Source: an uncultured Actinomycetota bacterium (lineage in GTDB: Bacteria; Actinomycetota; Acidimicrobiia; Acidimicrobiales; RAAP-2). Taken from it: 64,000 nt of DNA. Location of the stretch: the NCBI GenBank assembly GCA_963770505.1, contig CAVYPR010000002.1:36902-100901 (forward strand), given 5' to 3'. A program made the position numbers and the translations under genes. Positions 46,979 to 57,507 of this stretch are shown here, piece after piece; position 1 is the stretch's first letter; the number at the start of each line of letters is the position of its first letter. The notes below the pieces were generated by a model, which saw only the letters and a program-made list of their open reading frames with translations, had not been told where the DNA came from and made no database searches.

Positions 46979-47915
46979 GGCCGGCCGCCGCCGTCACCAC
47001 GCCGGCCAGGACCGCGAGGAAGGCCGGGTCGTCGTTGAGCGAGGCCGTGCGGGCGTAGGCGAGGCCCGCCTTCTCGGCCGCCGCCCGGGCCTCGACGTCG
47101 AGGTCGTAGAGGACCTCGAGGTGGTCGGAGACGAAACCGACCGGGCAGAGCACCGCAGCGTCGGCCCCGCGCCCGGCGAGGCCGGCGATCACCGAGAGCA
47201 CGTCGGGCCCGAGCCACGGGTCGGGGGTGCGCCCGGCGCTCTGCCACGCCACCTGCCAGGGGACGGCGCGGCCGTCGAGGCCGGCGGCCGCCGCCACCGC
47301 CGCGGCCGAGGCGCTCACCTGGTCGGGGTAGGGGTCGCCCTCGGACACCACCCGCTCGGGGAGCGAGTGGGCGGTGAACAGGACGGCCGGTCGCCGTGCG
47401 CCGCCCGGCAGGTCCGAGAGAGCGTCGCGCAGCCGCCCGGCCAGGAGGTCGGCGAACCCCGGCGCCTCCTACCACTGCTCGACCGGGGTGAAGGTCGGCG
47501 CCGCCGTCGAGGCCGCCAGGGCCCGGGCGGCCCGGGCCAGGTACTCGCCCGAGCCCATCGAGGACCGGTGCGGGGTGAGGACCAGCCCCACCACGCTCGC
47601 CGCACCCGAGGCGGCCACACCGGCCGCCGCCTCCTCGATGGAGGGGTCGGTGTGCTTGGCGCCGAAGACGACGAGGTAACGGCCGGGACGCTCGGCCTCC
47701 AACCGTGCGGCCAGGCCGGCCACCTGCGCGGCGGTGCGGGCGGCCAGCGGCGAGACGCCCCCGATGGCCTCGTAGCGGTGCCGCAGGTCGGCCAGCTGCT
47801 CGGCCGAGGGCGGGTGGCCCCGGCGGATGCGGGTGTAGAAGGCCTCGATCCCCTCGGGCGTGGCGGGCGTCCCGTGGGCCATGACCAGCACCCCGACCCG
47901 CCCAGCCTCACCCAC
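46971..47915 (-). CDS. hemH: ferrochelatase (coproporphyrin ferrochelatase type) with an in-frame TAG at 47469-47471
   Basis: VLVMAHGTP...FYTRIRRG...[15 protein letters not shown]...[15 protein letters not shown]...[22 protein letters not shown]...[15 protein letters not shown]...[14 protein letters not shown]. All segments are in one frame. The stop sits where homologues have Tyr (WY[DE]xP). Confidence 0.85.
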
Positions 47916-49061
47916 GGACCACCCCGGCACGACCCTCGGCGTGGACCAGCTCGACCACGGCGGCCAGGATGCCGGGGTCGGTCTCGGGCAGGACGCCGTG
48001 GCCCAGGTTGAAGACGTGGCCGGGGCGGTCACCGGCCCGCTCGAGCACGTCGCGGGTCTCGGCCTCCACCACCGCCCACGGGGCGAGGCAGACGGCGGGG
48101 TCGAGGTTGCCCTGGACGGCACGTCCCGGCCCCACGCGCCGGCGGGCCTCGTCGAGGGGGACCCGCCAGTCGATCCCCACCACGTCGGCCCCGGCCCCGG
48201 CCATGAGGCCGAGCAGCTCGCCGGTGCCGACGCCGAAGAGGATCGACGGCACGTCGAGGCCCGCCAGCCCCTCGAGCACCGCGCCGGGTGGCGGGGAGGG
48301 CGAACCGCTCGTACTGGCTCGGCGAGAGGCAGCCGGCCCAGCTGTCGAAGAGCTGCACGGCGTCGGCCCCCGCCTCCACCTGGGCGCGCAGGAAGGCGAG
48401 CGCCAGGTCGGCCAGGCGGTCCATGAGCGCCCCCCAGGTCGTCGGGTCCGCGTGCATGAGCGCCTTCACCTTGGCGAAGGTGCGCGACGGCCCCCCCTCC
48501 ACCAGGTAGCTGGCCACGGTGAACGGGCGCGCCGGCGAAGCCGATGAGCGGCACCCCCGACGAGCCGAGCTCACGGGCGACGAGCCGCACCGCCTCGACC
48601 ACATAGGCCGACGTCGCTCCGCCGGCTCGAGCGGTCGGAGGCGCCCCAGGTCCGCGGCCGAGCGGAACGGCTCGGTCGACGACCGGGCCCCGTCCGGGCA
48701 CCACGTCGACCCCGAACCCCACGGCGTGCACCGGCACCACGATGTCGGAGAAGAGGATGGCCGCGTCGACCCCGTAGCGGCGGACCGGCTGCAGGGTGAC
48801 CTCGGCCGCCAGTTCGGGGTCGGCGATGGCGCCGAGGATGTCGCCGTCGCCGCGAGCCGCCCGGTACTCGGGCAGGGAACGACCGGCCTGGCGCATGAAC
48901 CAGACCGGGGTGCGGGCGACCGGGCGGCGCCGGCAGGCCTGGAGGAAGGGCGCCGGGGACGGTGGGGCGACGGGCGGCGCGCTGCTCAAGGCACGCGGGT
49001 GACTCGGTGGCCGGGGACGTCGTTCATGGTCGAGATGAGCATGGCCGCCTCCAGTGGGCAC
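47908..49061 (-). CDS. hemE: uroporphyrinogen decarboxylase (about 4 frame switches in this assembly)
   Basis: Segments appear in three frames. They read [28 protein letters not shown]...[65 protein letters not shown]...QLFDSWAG, and [11 protein letters not shown]...VQGNLDP...[10 protein letters not shown]. Switches lie near 48668, 48612, 48532 and 48290. The start is ATG 49061 or TTG 48989. Confidence 0.85.
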
Positions 49062-49157
49062 GGGTTCCGACGGGGTCCGGGCCCCTCAGATCATCGCAGG
49101 CCCCGGGCCGGCGGCCATCCACCGGAGGGCTCCGGCCGCCACCGCCCGGGCGGGCCC

Positions 49158-49163
49158 TAGAAT
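49158..49163 (+). promoter_or_regulatory. candidate -10 element TAGAAT upstream of helD
   Basis: gggcccTAGAATcgg lies about 36 nt upstream of the first HelD-like codons. No convincing -35 was seen. Confidence 0.3.
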
Positions 49164-49198
49164 CGGACGTTCGGCCGTCACGCCGTCGGAGGAAGGGA

Positions 49199-51599
49199 CT
49201 GACGTGGCCGCAGACCGAGACATCGCCGAAGAACAGCGAGATCCTCGACGACGCCTACCGCGGCCTCGAGGCCATGCGCCGCGAGGCGAACCGGATGCTC
49301 GAGTCGGTGCTGGACCTCGGGCGGGGCGGCACCTTCCAGTCCCGCACCGAGCGCGACATCGTGGTCCGGACCAGCCTGGCCCGCCTGGCCCAGCTCGACA
49401 TCGGCGACCAGGCGCTGTGCTTCGGCCGGATCGACCGGCGGGCCGAGGGGGACGGGGGGCTCGAGTCGTTCCACATCGGCCGGCTGGCGGTGTCGGGGGA
49501 GCACCACGAGCCGCTGGTGGTCGACTGGCGGGCCCCGGTCGCCGAGCCCTTCTACCGGGCCACCGGCCTCGACCCCCAGGGGCTGGCCCGCCGCCGGCAC
49601 CTGGCCGTCCGGGGCCGCACGGTGGTCGGCGTCGAGGACGAGTACTTCGCCCAGCCCGGCGCCGCCGGACCGGGGCCATCCCGACGCCGGCGCCACCGAG
49701 CCGCTGCTCCGACGGGGGCCTGGCCCTGGGCGGCCCTGGGGCGCTGCTGGCCGCGCTCGGGCAGGCGCGGACCGGCCACATGGCCGACATCGTGGCCACC
49801 ATCCAGCGCGAGCAGGACGAGATCATCCGGTCCCCCCTGGCCGGGGTCGCTCCTGGTCCAGGGCGGGCCGGGCACCGGCAAGACGGCGGTGGCCCTGCAC
49901 CGTGCCGCCTACCTCCTCTACACCCACCGCTTCCCCCTCGAGCGCCAGGGGGTGCTGGTGGTGGGGCCCAACCCGCTCTTCCTGCGCTACATCGAGCAGG
50001 TGCTGCCGTCCCTGGGCGAGACGGGGGTGACGCTCTCGACCGTGTCGGGGCTCGTCCCCGAGGTGCGGGTGCGGGCCAGCGACCCGCCCGAGGTGGCGCG
50101 GCTGAAGGGTGAGGCCCGCATGGCCCGGGTGATCGCCCAGGCCGTGCGCACCCGCCAACGCGCCGCTGCGCCGCGACGTGGCGGTGCCCTTCGGGGCCAC
50201 GACGCTGCGGCTCACCGCCGGGGCGTCGGCCGAGATCGTCTCCCAGGCCCGCCGTCGGGCGGGGACCCACAACGCCCGCCGCCGCTTCGTGGAGCAGCAG
50301 GTCGTCCGCCGGCTGGCCGACCAGTACGAGCGGGTGCGCAGGGCGGGGGGTTCGGGGCGCCCGGCGGACGGCCCGCCGGGGTTGTCCGAGGGGGACCTGC
50401 AGCTCGACCTGTTCGTGGAGGCCGACGGGGAGGCGGCCGCCGCCGACGTCGGGGCCCTCGACCTCGAGGAGTTCGGCCGCCAGGTCCGCCAGACCCCGGA
50501 GCTGGCCGAGGCGCTCGACCGGATGTGGCCCCGGCTCGCCCCCCACGAGCTCCTGCACGACCTGCTGGGCGCCCGGCCGCTCCTGGCGGCGGCCGGCAAG
50601 GGGATCCTGACCGCGGCCGAGCAGGCCATGCTGCAGCGGCCCCGCAGCGCCTCCCTCGACGAGGTGGGGTGGACGGCCGCCGACGCCGCCCTGGTCGACG
50701 AGGCCCGCACCATCCTCGGACCGCGCCGCACCCGGGGGGTGCGCTCGCGGGCCGCGGCCCGCGAGCGCACCGAGCGGGCCCGCCAGGAGGTCGGGTACTG
50801 GCCGTCGGGGCTCGACCCCAACCCGACCCCGGTCGCCGCCGGCGCCGAGGAGGACGGGGTGCGCGCCTTCGGCCACATCGTCGTCGACGAGGTGCAGGAC
50901 CTCTCGCCGCTCCAGCTGCGCATGCTGGCCCGGCGGTCGCTCTCGGGCTCGATGACCGCGGTGGGCGACATCGCCCAGTCCACCGGGCCGTGGGCCCCCC
51001 AGAGCTGGGACGACGTGGCCGCCCACCTCACGCCCAACCGGGCACCCAAGCTGGTCGAGCTGACCGTGAGCTACCGGACCCCGGCCGAGGTGGTCGAGGT
51101 GGCGGCCCGGGTGCTGGCCGTGGCCGCCCCCGACGTGGCCCCGCCCCGACCGGTACGCCGCTCGGGCGAGGAGCCGGTGCTCTCGACCGTGGCCCCGGCG
51201 GCGCTGGCCGCCGAGGTGGCCCGGGCGGCGCGCTCGGAGGCGGAGGCGGTGGCTCCCGGGCGGGCCGCCGTCCTGGTCCCCGCCCACCTCATGGGCGAGG
51301 TCGGTCGGGCCCTGGCCGAGCACGGGCTGGAGGCGGTCGACCCCCGGGATCCGGCGGGGGAGGGGCTGGCCGCCGCACTGGTGCTCCTCCCCGCTTCTGA
51401 GTGCAACGGCCTCGAGTTCGACTCGGTGGTGGTGGTCGAGCCGGCGCTCATCGCCGCCGGCGAGACCGTCGGGCGCGAGGGCCCGCCCCTGGCCACCACC
51501 CGGGGGCTGCGGACCCTCTACGTGGCCCTCACCCGGCCCACGCGCCGCCTGGCGGTGGTGTCGTCGGGACCGCTGCCGACCGGTCTGGCGCTGGCCTGA
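49199..51599 (+). CDS. helD: HelD-family RNA polymerase-associated UvrD-like ATPase (about 4 frame switches)
   Basis: The protein is collinear with mycobacterial HelD: LCFGRIDRR...FHIGRLAV...PLVVDWRAPVAEPFYRAT, MADIVATIQREQDEIIR, LLVQGGPGTGKTAVALHRAAYLLY...GVLVVGPNPLFLRYIEQVLPSLGE, HIVVDEVQDLSPLQLRML, ELTVSYRTPAEV, ECNGLEFDSVVVVEP and LYVALTRPTRRL. Frame changes lie near 49675-49720, 49850 and 50165. The start is uncertain. Confidence 0.85.
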
Positions 51600-51743
51600 G
51601 CGACCGCCGCCGGCGACCCCGCGGGGTCCACCGCGGTCCACGGCGCGAGGCCCGCGCGAACCGAGGTGACCGGGCCGTCAGGAGGTCGAGGCCCCAACCA
51701 GGATGTTGGCGTGGCGGGGGCCCCGTCGACTAGGAAATACGCC

Positions 51744-52340
51744 GTGAGCCAGGCCATCTCGGTGGACCCGCCGGCCAAGCCGCCCCGCGTCGTCCACGAC
51801 CGCCCACCGATGCTGGCCATCGGGGTCATGATCTGGCTGGGCTCGGAGCTCATGTTCTTCAGCGGCCTCTTCGCCGCCTTCTTCAGCATCCGGGCCAACG
51901 ACCACCCCTGGCCCCCGGTCGGCACCCACCTCGACGTCCTGCGGGCCGGCATCTTTACCGCCATCTTGGTGTCGTCGAGCTTCACCATGCAGAAGGCGGT
52001 CTTCGCCGAGGAGCGCTACAACCGGCGGGCGGCCCGGATCTGGATCGTGTGCACGCTCATCCTGGGCGTGCTCTTCCTCTACAACCAGGGCTACGAGTGG
52101 GTGACCCAGGCCACCCGTCCGGGCACCAACGCCTACGGCTCGCTGTTCTTCATCATGACCGGCCTCCACGGCCTCCACGTGGCCCTCGGCCTCGTGGCCA
52201 TGATCTTCCTGCTGGGCCGGATGAAGGGACCGGCCGGCGACCCCGGAGAGCTCTCCGTCTTCCAGGGCGTGAGCTACTACTGGCACTTCGTCGACATCGT
52301 CTGGGTGGGCCTGTACAGCTGCCTCTTCCTGCTCAAGTAG
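51744..52340 (+). CDS. ctaE: cytochrome c oxidase (aa3) subunit III
   Basis: IWLGSELMFFSGLFAAFF...GYEWV...GSLFFIMTGLHGLHVALG...YYWHFVDIVWVGLY. AGGAAA RBS 6 nt before GTG 51744. The ORF is open from 51666. Confidence 0.9.
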   Translation: MSQAISVDPPAKPPRVVHDRPPMLAIGVMIWLGSELMFFSGLFAAFFSIRANDHPWPPVGTHLDVLRAGIFTAILVSSSFTMQKAVFAEERYNRRAARIWIVCTLILGVLFLYNQGYEWVTQATRPGTNAYGSLFFIMTGLHGLHVALGLVAMIFLLGRMKGPAGDPGELSVFQGVSYYWHFVDIVWVGLYSCLFLLK

Positions 52341-52350
52341 TGACTGGACC

Positions 52351-53432
52351 GTGCTCCGCCGACTCCTGAAGAACCGCTACCTGCTTCCCACGGCCATCCT
52401 GGTCACGGTGGGCTTCGGCGGGTTCGTCGGCCTGACGAACGCGGGTGCCCAGACAGGGACACACACCTCCACACCGGTTCCGACCCTCTACACAACGGGC
52501 GCCACGACCACCACCACCCAGGTGGCCCCGGTGGCCTCGGCGTCGACGGGCCAGCCCCCCTCCACCACAGCGGGGGCCAGCCACGGCGGCTCGTTGGTGA
52601 GCCCGGTGGGCGCCACACGGACCGCACCGCGCTCCACCGCCTCGGCCTGCAGGAAGGAGCTCGAGCGGATCAGTTACACAAGCCCGCCCAACTCGGGCTC
52701 CCCCAAGACCTCGAGCCACCACATCTGCGTGAACGGGCGCATCGTCGCCTACGGCAACTCCTCGATCGTCTACGCCTCCCCCCCAAGTCCTTCGAGCAGG
52801 CCGGAGAGGAGCTGTTCGAGCAGGTCTGCTCCAGCTGCCACATGAGCGACGCCCAGGGCGGTCCGGCGGCCCCGTCGCTGATCGGGGTGGGGTCGGGGAC
52901 GGTCGACTTCTGGGTCACCACCGGCCGCATGCCGGCCGCCACGCCCCTGAGCGTCCAGGCCCAGACCAAGCCGCCGAAGCTGAGCAAGCGCCAGGCCGCC
53001 GAGATCGCCGCGTGGATCACATCGCTCTCGCCCGCCCCGCCGTTCATCCCGGCCGTGAACACCAGGACAGCCAACCTGGCCACGGGGGCCAGCCTGTTCG
53101 CCCTCAACTGCGCCGCCTGCCACACCATCACCGGGGCTGGTGACGAGCTCGCCTACGGCACCAACGCACCCTCGCTGCACTACGCCACGACCACCCAGAT
53201 CGCCGAGGCCATCCGCAGCGGACCGGGCAACATGCCCCGGTTCACCGGCAACCTCTCCGACAGCCAGGTGGCCGACATCGTGGCGTACGTGTCCGAGAAG
53301 CTCCAGCACCCGACGAACAGCGGCGGATTCGGGCTGGGCGGAATCGGCCCGGTGACCGAGGGGTTCGTGGCCCTGCTGTTCGGGGTGGGCGGCCTCATGC
53401 TGATCTGTTTCTGGATCGGGGACCGCTCATGA
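52351..53432 (+). CDS. qcrC: cytochrome bc1 complex dihaem cytochrome c subunit (frame switch in the C7 run at 52778-52784)
   Basis: N-terminal TM helix, then a long Thr/Ser/Pro-rich linker. After the shift come EELFEQVCSSCH (haem 1) ...TTGRMP... LFALNCAACH (haem 2) ...GPGNMPRF and a C-terminal TM helix ending WIGDRS. Confidence 0.9.
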
Positions 53433-53463
53433 GCCGGGCGGGGAAGCGACGGGGAGGACGGCG

Positions 53464-54477
53464 GTGAGCGAGCACGACCCGGGCGTGGCCGTCGACGGCG
53501 GAGCGGTCGAGGGTGACGGGGCCGACGGCACCCGCACGCCGGTGGCCATGCCGGTGGCCCGCTTCGACGACCCGCACCTCCAGCCGGCCGCCCGCCACCC
53601 GGCGCGCGCCCAGGGGCTGATCGCGCTCATCTTGGTGGTGGGGATCGGCGGGGTCGTCGCCTTCGGCGCCGCCTACGTGGTCAACGCCTCGTCGTGGGTG
53701 CTCGGGGTGACCATGGCGGTGGGCCTCCTCGGGTTGGGCTTCGGCCTGACCGCCTGGGGGAAGTACCTCATGCCCCAGGGCCCCTTCGTCGAGGAGCGCC
53801 ACACGCTGGCCTCCAGCCCCGACGAGCGCAAGGCCATGGCCGCCGCCCTCACCGAGCGGACCCAGGTGGTGGTGAAGCGCCGGGGGGTCCTCGGGGGCCT
53901 GCTGGCCGCGGGGCTGGGCATCTTCGGGATCGTGGCCATGTTCCCCCTGCTGCGCTCGCTGGGACCGGCGCCGACCAACCTCTTGGAGGAGACCGACTGG
54001 CGCAAGGGCACCAGGCTGGTCGACATCAACGGCCGCCCGGTCCACCGGGACCAGATGCAGCCGGGCGGCATCCTCACCGTCTACCCCTTCGGCCTGCAGA
54101 GCACGGACAACGGGCAGGCCATCGACCAGACCGTGCTCATCCGGGTGCAGACGACCAACCTGGTCACCATGCCGGGCCGGGAGACCTGGGGGCCCGAGGG
54201 CTACGTCGCCTACTCCAAGATGTGCACCCACCTGGGCTGCCCGGTCGGCCTCTACGAGCAGGAGCTCGAGCTGCTGGTGTGCCCCTGCCACCAGTCGATG
54301 TTCAACGTGCGCGACGGCGCCGTGCCCCAGTTCGGGCCGGCCCCGCGCCCGCTGCCCCAGCTCCCCCTCTACATCGACACACTCGGCTACCTGCGCTCCC
54401 AGTCCGGCTACAACCAGGCGGTCGGGCCGGGCTACTGGGCCCGCACAAGCACACCTCGACAGAACGGGGCGGCATGA
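53464..54477 (+). CDS. qcrA: cytochrome bc1 complex Rieske iron-sulfur subunit
   Basis: CTHLGCPV...CPCHQSMF Rieske motifs and three N-terminal TM helices. Confidence 0.95.
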   Translation: MSEHDPGVAVDGGAVEGDGADGTRTPVAMPVARFDDPHLQPAARHPARAQGLIALILVVGIGGVVAFGAAYVVNASSWVLGVTMAVGLLGLGFGLTAWGKYLMPQGPFVEERHTLASSPDERKAMAAALTERTQVVVKRRGVLGGLLAAGLGIFGIVAMFPLLRSLGPAPTNLLEETDWRKGTRLVDINGRPVHRDQMQPGGILTVYPFGLQSTDNGQAIDQTVLIRVQTTNLVTMPGRETWGPEGYVAYSKMCTHLGCPVGLYEQELELLVCPCHQSMFNVRDGAVPQFGPAPRPLPQLPLYIDTLGYLRSQSGYNQAVGPGYWARTSTPRQNGAA

Positions 54478-56048
54478 GCACGACCGACGCTGAGCGGCCG
54501 AATACCCTGCGCGAGGCCAAGCGGGCCAACCCCTACGGACGGGTCCAGCAGGCGATCGACGAGATCGACGAGCGGTTCGGCGTCGCCAAGGGCGGCCGGA
54601 CCTTCCTCGACAAGATCTTCCCGGACCACTGGTCCTTCATGCTGGGCGAGATCGCCCTGTACTCCTTCGTGGTGCTCCTGGCCACCGGGGTCTTCCTGAG
54701 CCTGTACTACGTCCCCTCCCAGGCCACCGTCGTCTACCACGGCACCTACACGCCGCTCGACGGGGTGCGGATGTCGGAGGCCTACCTGAGCTCGGTCAAC
54801 CTGTCCTTCGCCGTGCGCGCCGGGCTGCTCATGCGCCAGATGCACCACTGGGCGGCCGACGTCTTCATCGGGTCGATCGTGATCCACATGGCCCGCATCT
54901 TCTTCACCGGCGCCTTCCGCAAGCCCCGCGAGACGAACTGGGTCATCGGGGTGACCCTGCTGATCCTGGCCATCCTGAACGGCTTCATCGGCTACTCGCT
55001 CCCCGACGACCTGGTCTCGGGGACCGGCCTGCGCATCGGCTACTCGATCCTGCTCTCGATCCCCTTCGTCGGGAATTACCTGGCCGTGTGGCTCTGGGGG
55101 GGCAGCTTCCCCGGCCACATCATCATCGAACGCCTTTTCATCATCCACGTCCTCGTCATCCCGCTGGTCATCCTGGGGTTGCTCGGGGCCCACCTCGGGT
55201 TCCTGGTGCGCCAGAAGCACACCCAGTTCCCCGGCAAGGGCAAGACCGAGCACAACGTGGTCGGCTCGCCCATGTTCCCGACCTTCATGGCCAAGACGAC
55301 CGGCTTCCTGCTCATGGTGACCGGGGCCCTGGCCGCGCTGGGGGGGCTGGCCCAGGTCAACCCCATCTGGCAGTTCGGCCCCTACCAGGACCCCTCGAAG
55401 ATCTCCTACGCCGTCCAACCCGACTGGTACATGGGGTGGCTCGACGGCGCCCTGCGCATCATGCCCGCCTGGGAGTGGACGGGATGGGGGCACACCATCC
55501 CCTGGGAGGTGTTCCTGCCGGCCGTCATCTTCCCGGGCCTCGTCTTCAACATCTGCCTCGTCTGGCCCCTCATCGAGCGCGTGTACACCAAGGACAACGT
55601 CATGCACAACCTGCTCGACCGTCCCCGTGACCGGCCCAAGCGCACGGCGGTGGGGGCGGCCATGGTGGCACTGCTGTTCACCGTCTTCGCCGCCAGCTCC
55701 ACCGACGTGCTCGCCAACTTCTTCCACGTGTCGCTCAACCAGGTGCTGTGGTTCTTCCGGATCGCCGTCTTCGTCGTGCCGGTGGTGGCGGCCTTCGTGA
55801 CCTGGCGGATCTGCCTGGAGATGCAGGGCGTGGCGGGCATCGGCAAGCGCAAGCGGGCCATGGTGGTGACCCGCACCCCCGAGGGCGAGTACGTGGCCGT
55901 GCCCTCGGCCCCGCGGCCCGGCGACGAGCACTCCGAGCTGGCGGCCCGGCCGGTCCCGGTGCTCATCGAGACCGAGCCCGAGCCGGTGGGTGCCGGTGCC
56001 GGCACCGCCACCGACGGGGGGACCGGCGTCCGTCGGGTCGACCGCTGA
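54474..56048 (+). CDS. qcrB: cytochrome bc1 complex cytochrome b subunit
   Basis: ATGA overlap with qcrA. FPDHWSFMLGEIALYSF...RQMHHWAADVF...IHMARIFFTGAFRKPRE.NW..G...GYSLPDD. Intact 524 aa. Confidence 0.95.
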   Translation: MSTTDAERPNTLREAKRANPYGRVQQAIDEIDERFGVAKGGRTFLDKIFPDHWSFMLGEIALYSFVVLLATGVFLSLYYVPSQATVVYHGTYTPLDGVRMSEAYLSSVNLSFAVRAGLLMRQMHHWAADVFIGSIVIHMARIFFTGAFRKPRETNWVIGVTLLILAILNGFIGYSLPDDLVSGTGLRIGYSILLSIPFVGNYLAVWLWGGSFPGHIIIERLFIIHVLVIPLVILGLLGAHLGFLVRQKHTQFPGKGKTEHNVVGSPMFPTFMAKTTGFLLMVTGALAALGGLAQVNPIWQFGPYQDPSKISYAVQPDWYMGWLDGALRIMPAWEWTGWGHTIPWEVFLPAVIFPGLVFNICLVWPLIERVYTKDNVMHNLLDRPRDRPKRTAVGAAMVALLFTVFAASSTDVLANFFHVSLNQVLWFFRIAVFVVPVVAAFVTWRICLEMQGVAGIGKRKRAMVVTRTPEGEYVAVPSAPRPGDEHSELAARPVPVLIETEPEPVGAGAGTATDGGTGVRRVDR

Positions 56049-56144
56049 CCCTCGCGCCGACAGGTCGACGCGCCGGCACATCGGGCGGCACCGTCGCCTT
56101 GGGGTGACGGCCCCGTCATCGCAGGCGGCGAGCGCCGTCGGCCG

Positions 56145-56411
56145 CTACCTGCCGTTGCGCTCGCGGTGCGTGCACCCCGGCCAGCAGCAGGGCCGACGCA
56201 GGCCATCCTCCAGCTCCTCCTGGGTCCGGCGGATGCGGCGTTCCCTGGTCATCTCCCGCTTGGCGTCCTCGACCCAACAGATGAACTCGTTGCGGGCCAG
56301 TGGCGTGATGTCGTTCCAGGCGTCGAGTGCCGTGGGGTTCGCCAGGAGTGCCCGTTGCAGGTCTCCTGGAAGGTCGTGCACGACCCCTCCGGGCACTCGG
56401 CGACCGCCCAC
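56145..56411 (-). CDS. YdeI/OmpD-associated family protein
   Basis: LPGDLQRALLANPTALDAWNDITPLARNEFICWVEDAKREMTRERRIRRTQEELEDGLRRPCCWPGCTH matches the YdeI C-terminal signature. Confidence 0.8.
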   Translation of the reverse strand: MGGRRVPGGVVHDLPGDLQRALLANPTALDAWNDITPLARNEFICWVEDAKREMTRERRIRRTQEELEDGLRRPCCWPGCTHRERNGR

Positions 56412-56513
56412 GGGGCCACGGTAGCGGGTCGTGCCATCGACCCGGCTACGTTCCGGGGGAGGCCTTGCGGCGCACCAACCCGCCGTTTTGACCGTGGTGG
56501 CGTCGCCAGATGG

Positions 56514-56906
56514 TCAGCGTGCGCCCGAGTCCTCGCGCCGGGCGCCGAAGGCGGCCCACATCATGAGGAACTGGAGCGGCAGGCGCCCCCAGGCCAGGAC
56601 CCGGCTGTCGGCCAGCCCGGGGTTGCGCCCCGTGCCCGAATCGAGCGCCATCTGCACGTTGGCCGGGAAGACCCCGGCCAGGACGGCCACGCTGGCCGGC
56701 CGGGCCCAGGAGGCCCTGCGCACCAGCCCCACCGCGCAGGTCAACTCCGCCAGACCACTCAGCGTGATCAGGGACCGATGGAGCCCGGCGGGGATCGCCC
56801 GAGGCATGATCGCCTCGAAGAACCGGGGGCGCACGAAGTGGGCCACCCCGCTCACGGCGAAGACCGCCCCCATCAGCGCCGGCCCCCGCCGGCGGATCCT
56901 GATCAC
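56514..56906 (-). CDS. DoxX-family membrane protein
   Basis: GAVFAVSGVAHFVRPRFFEAIMPRAIPAGLHRSLITLSGLAELTCAVGLV...VLAGVFPANVQMAL. The GTG 56906 start is provisional, and the ORF is open to 57107. Confidence 0.7.
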   Translation of the reverse strand: MIRIRRRGPALMGAVFAVSGVAHFVRPRFFEAIMPRAIPAGLHRSLITLSGLAELTCAVGLVRRASWARPASVAVLAGVFPANVQMALDSGTGRNPGLADSRVLAWGRLPLQFLMMWAAFGARREDSGAR

Positions 56907-57192
56907 CCGATCGACACCTCCGTGGGCGCCTCGGCGCACCTCGATGTCCTCGGTGCCGGCCGTGAGCACGAGTACACGTCGGAAGGGCTGCGGTGGGCAA
57001 CGTCGCCCAACCGCCCCAACTCCCACTCGCCAGCTTGAAACCCGGTGGCCGTTGGTGCGGCCCTGTCGTTGCTCGGGCTGCCTTCTCCGGCCACCACCCG
57101 GCATCACGAGGGGGCTGGCCGCCGCCCTCCGGTGCGGGTCGCTCTGGCCGTGGACCGGCGCCCGTCGCCCATCGTCATCCCGACGACGGTGC

Positions 57193-57507
57193 TCAGCTGT
57201 TGATGTGCTCCATGCCCTTCAAGATGGCCGGCATGGCCGCGTCCAGGTCAAGCACGATATTTGACTCGATCTCGATGAACTCGTTCAGTGCGAGTGAGAC
57301 CTCGAGATGGTAGGCAGCCGCGGCGTCGGGGTCGTTCACCTTGTCCAAGGAGACGCCGCTCGATCCGTCGGCGGCTATGTACCAGCCGATCCGCTCAATG
57401 CTGGGGTTCTCGGCCGTCCTCGCTTCGATCTTCGCCCAGACCTCCATCATCCGGTTCGCCTGGGCGGCAGTGAGGGGACGGGACTTCCAGGTACTTGCGA
57501 TCAGCAT
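57193..57507 (-). CDS. small cytoplasmic alpha/beta protein (DUF3303-like), hypothetical
   Basis: GGAGG RBS 8 nt before ATG 57507. MLIASTWKSRPLTAAQANRMMEVWAKIEARTAENPSIERIGWYIAADGSSGVSL... GC content is noticeably lower than the flanks. Confidence 0.55.
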   Translation of the reverse strand: MLIASTWKSRPLTAAQANRMMEVWAKIEARTAENPSIERIGWYIAADGSSGVSLDKVNDPDAAAAYHLEVSLALNEFIEIESNIVLDLDAAMPAILKGMEHINS

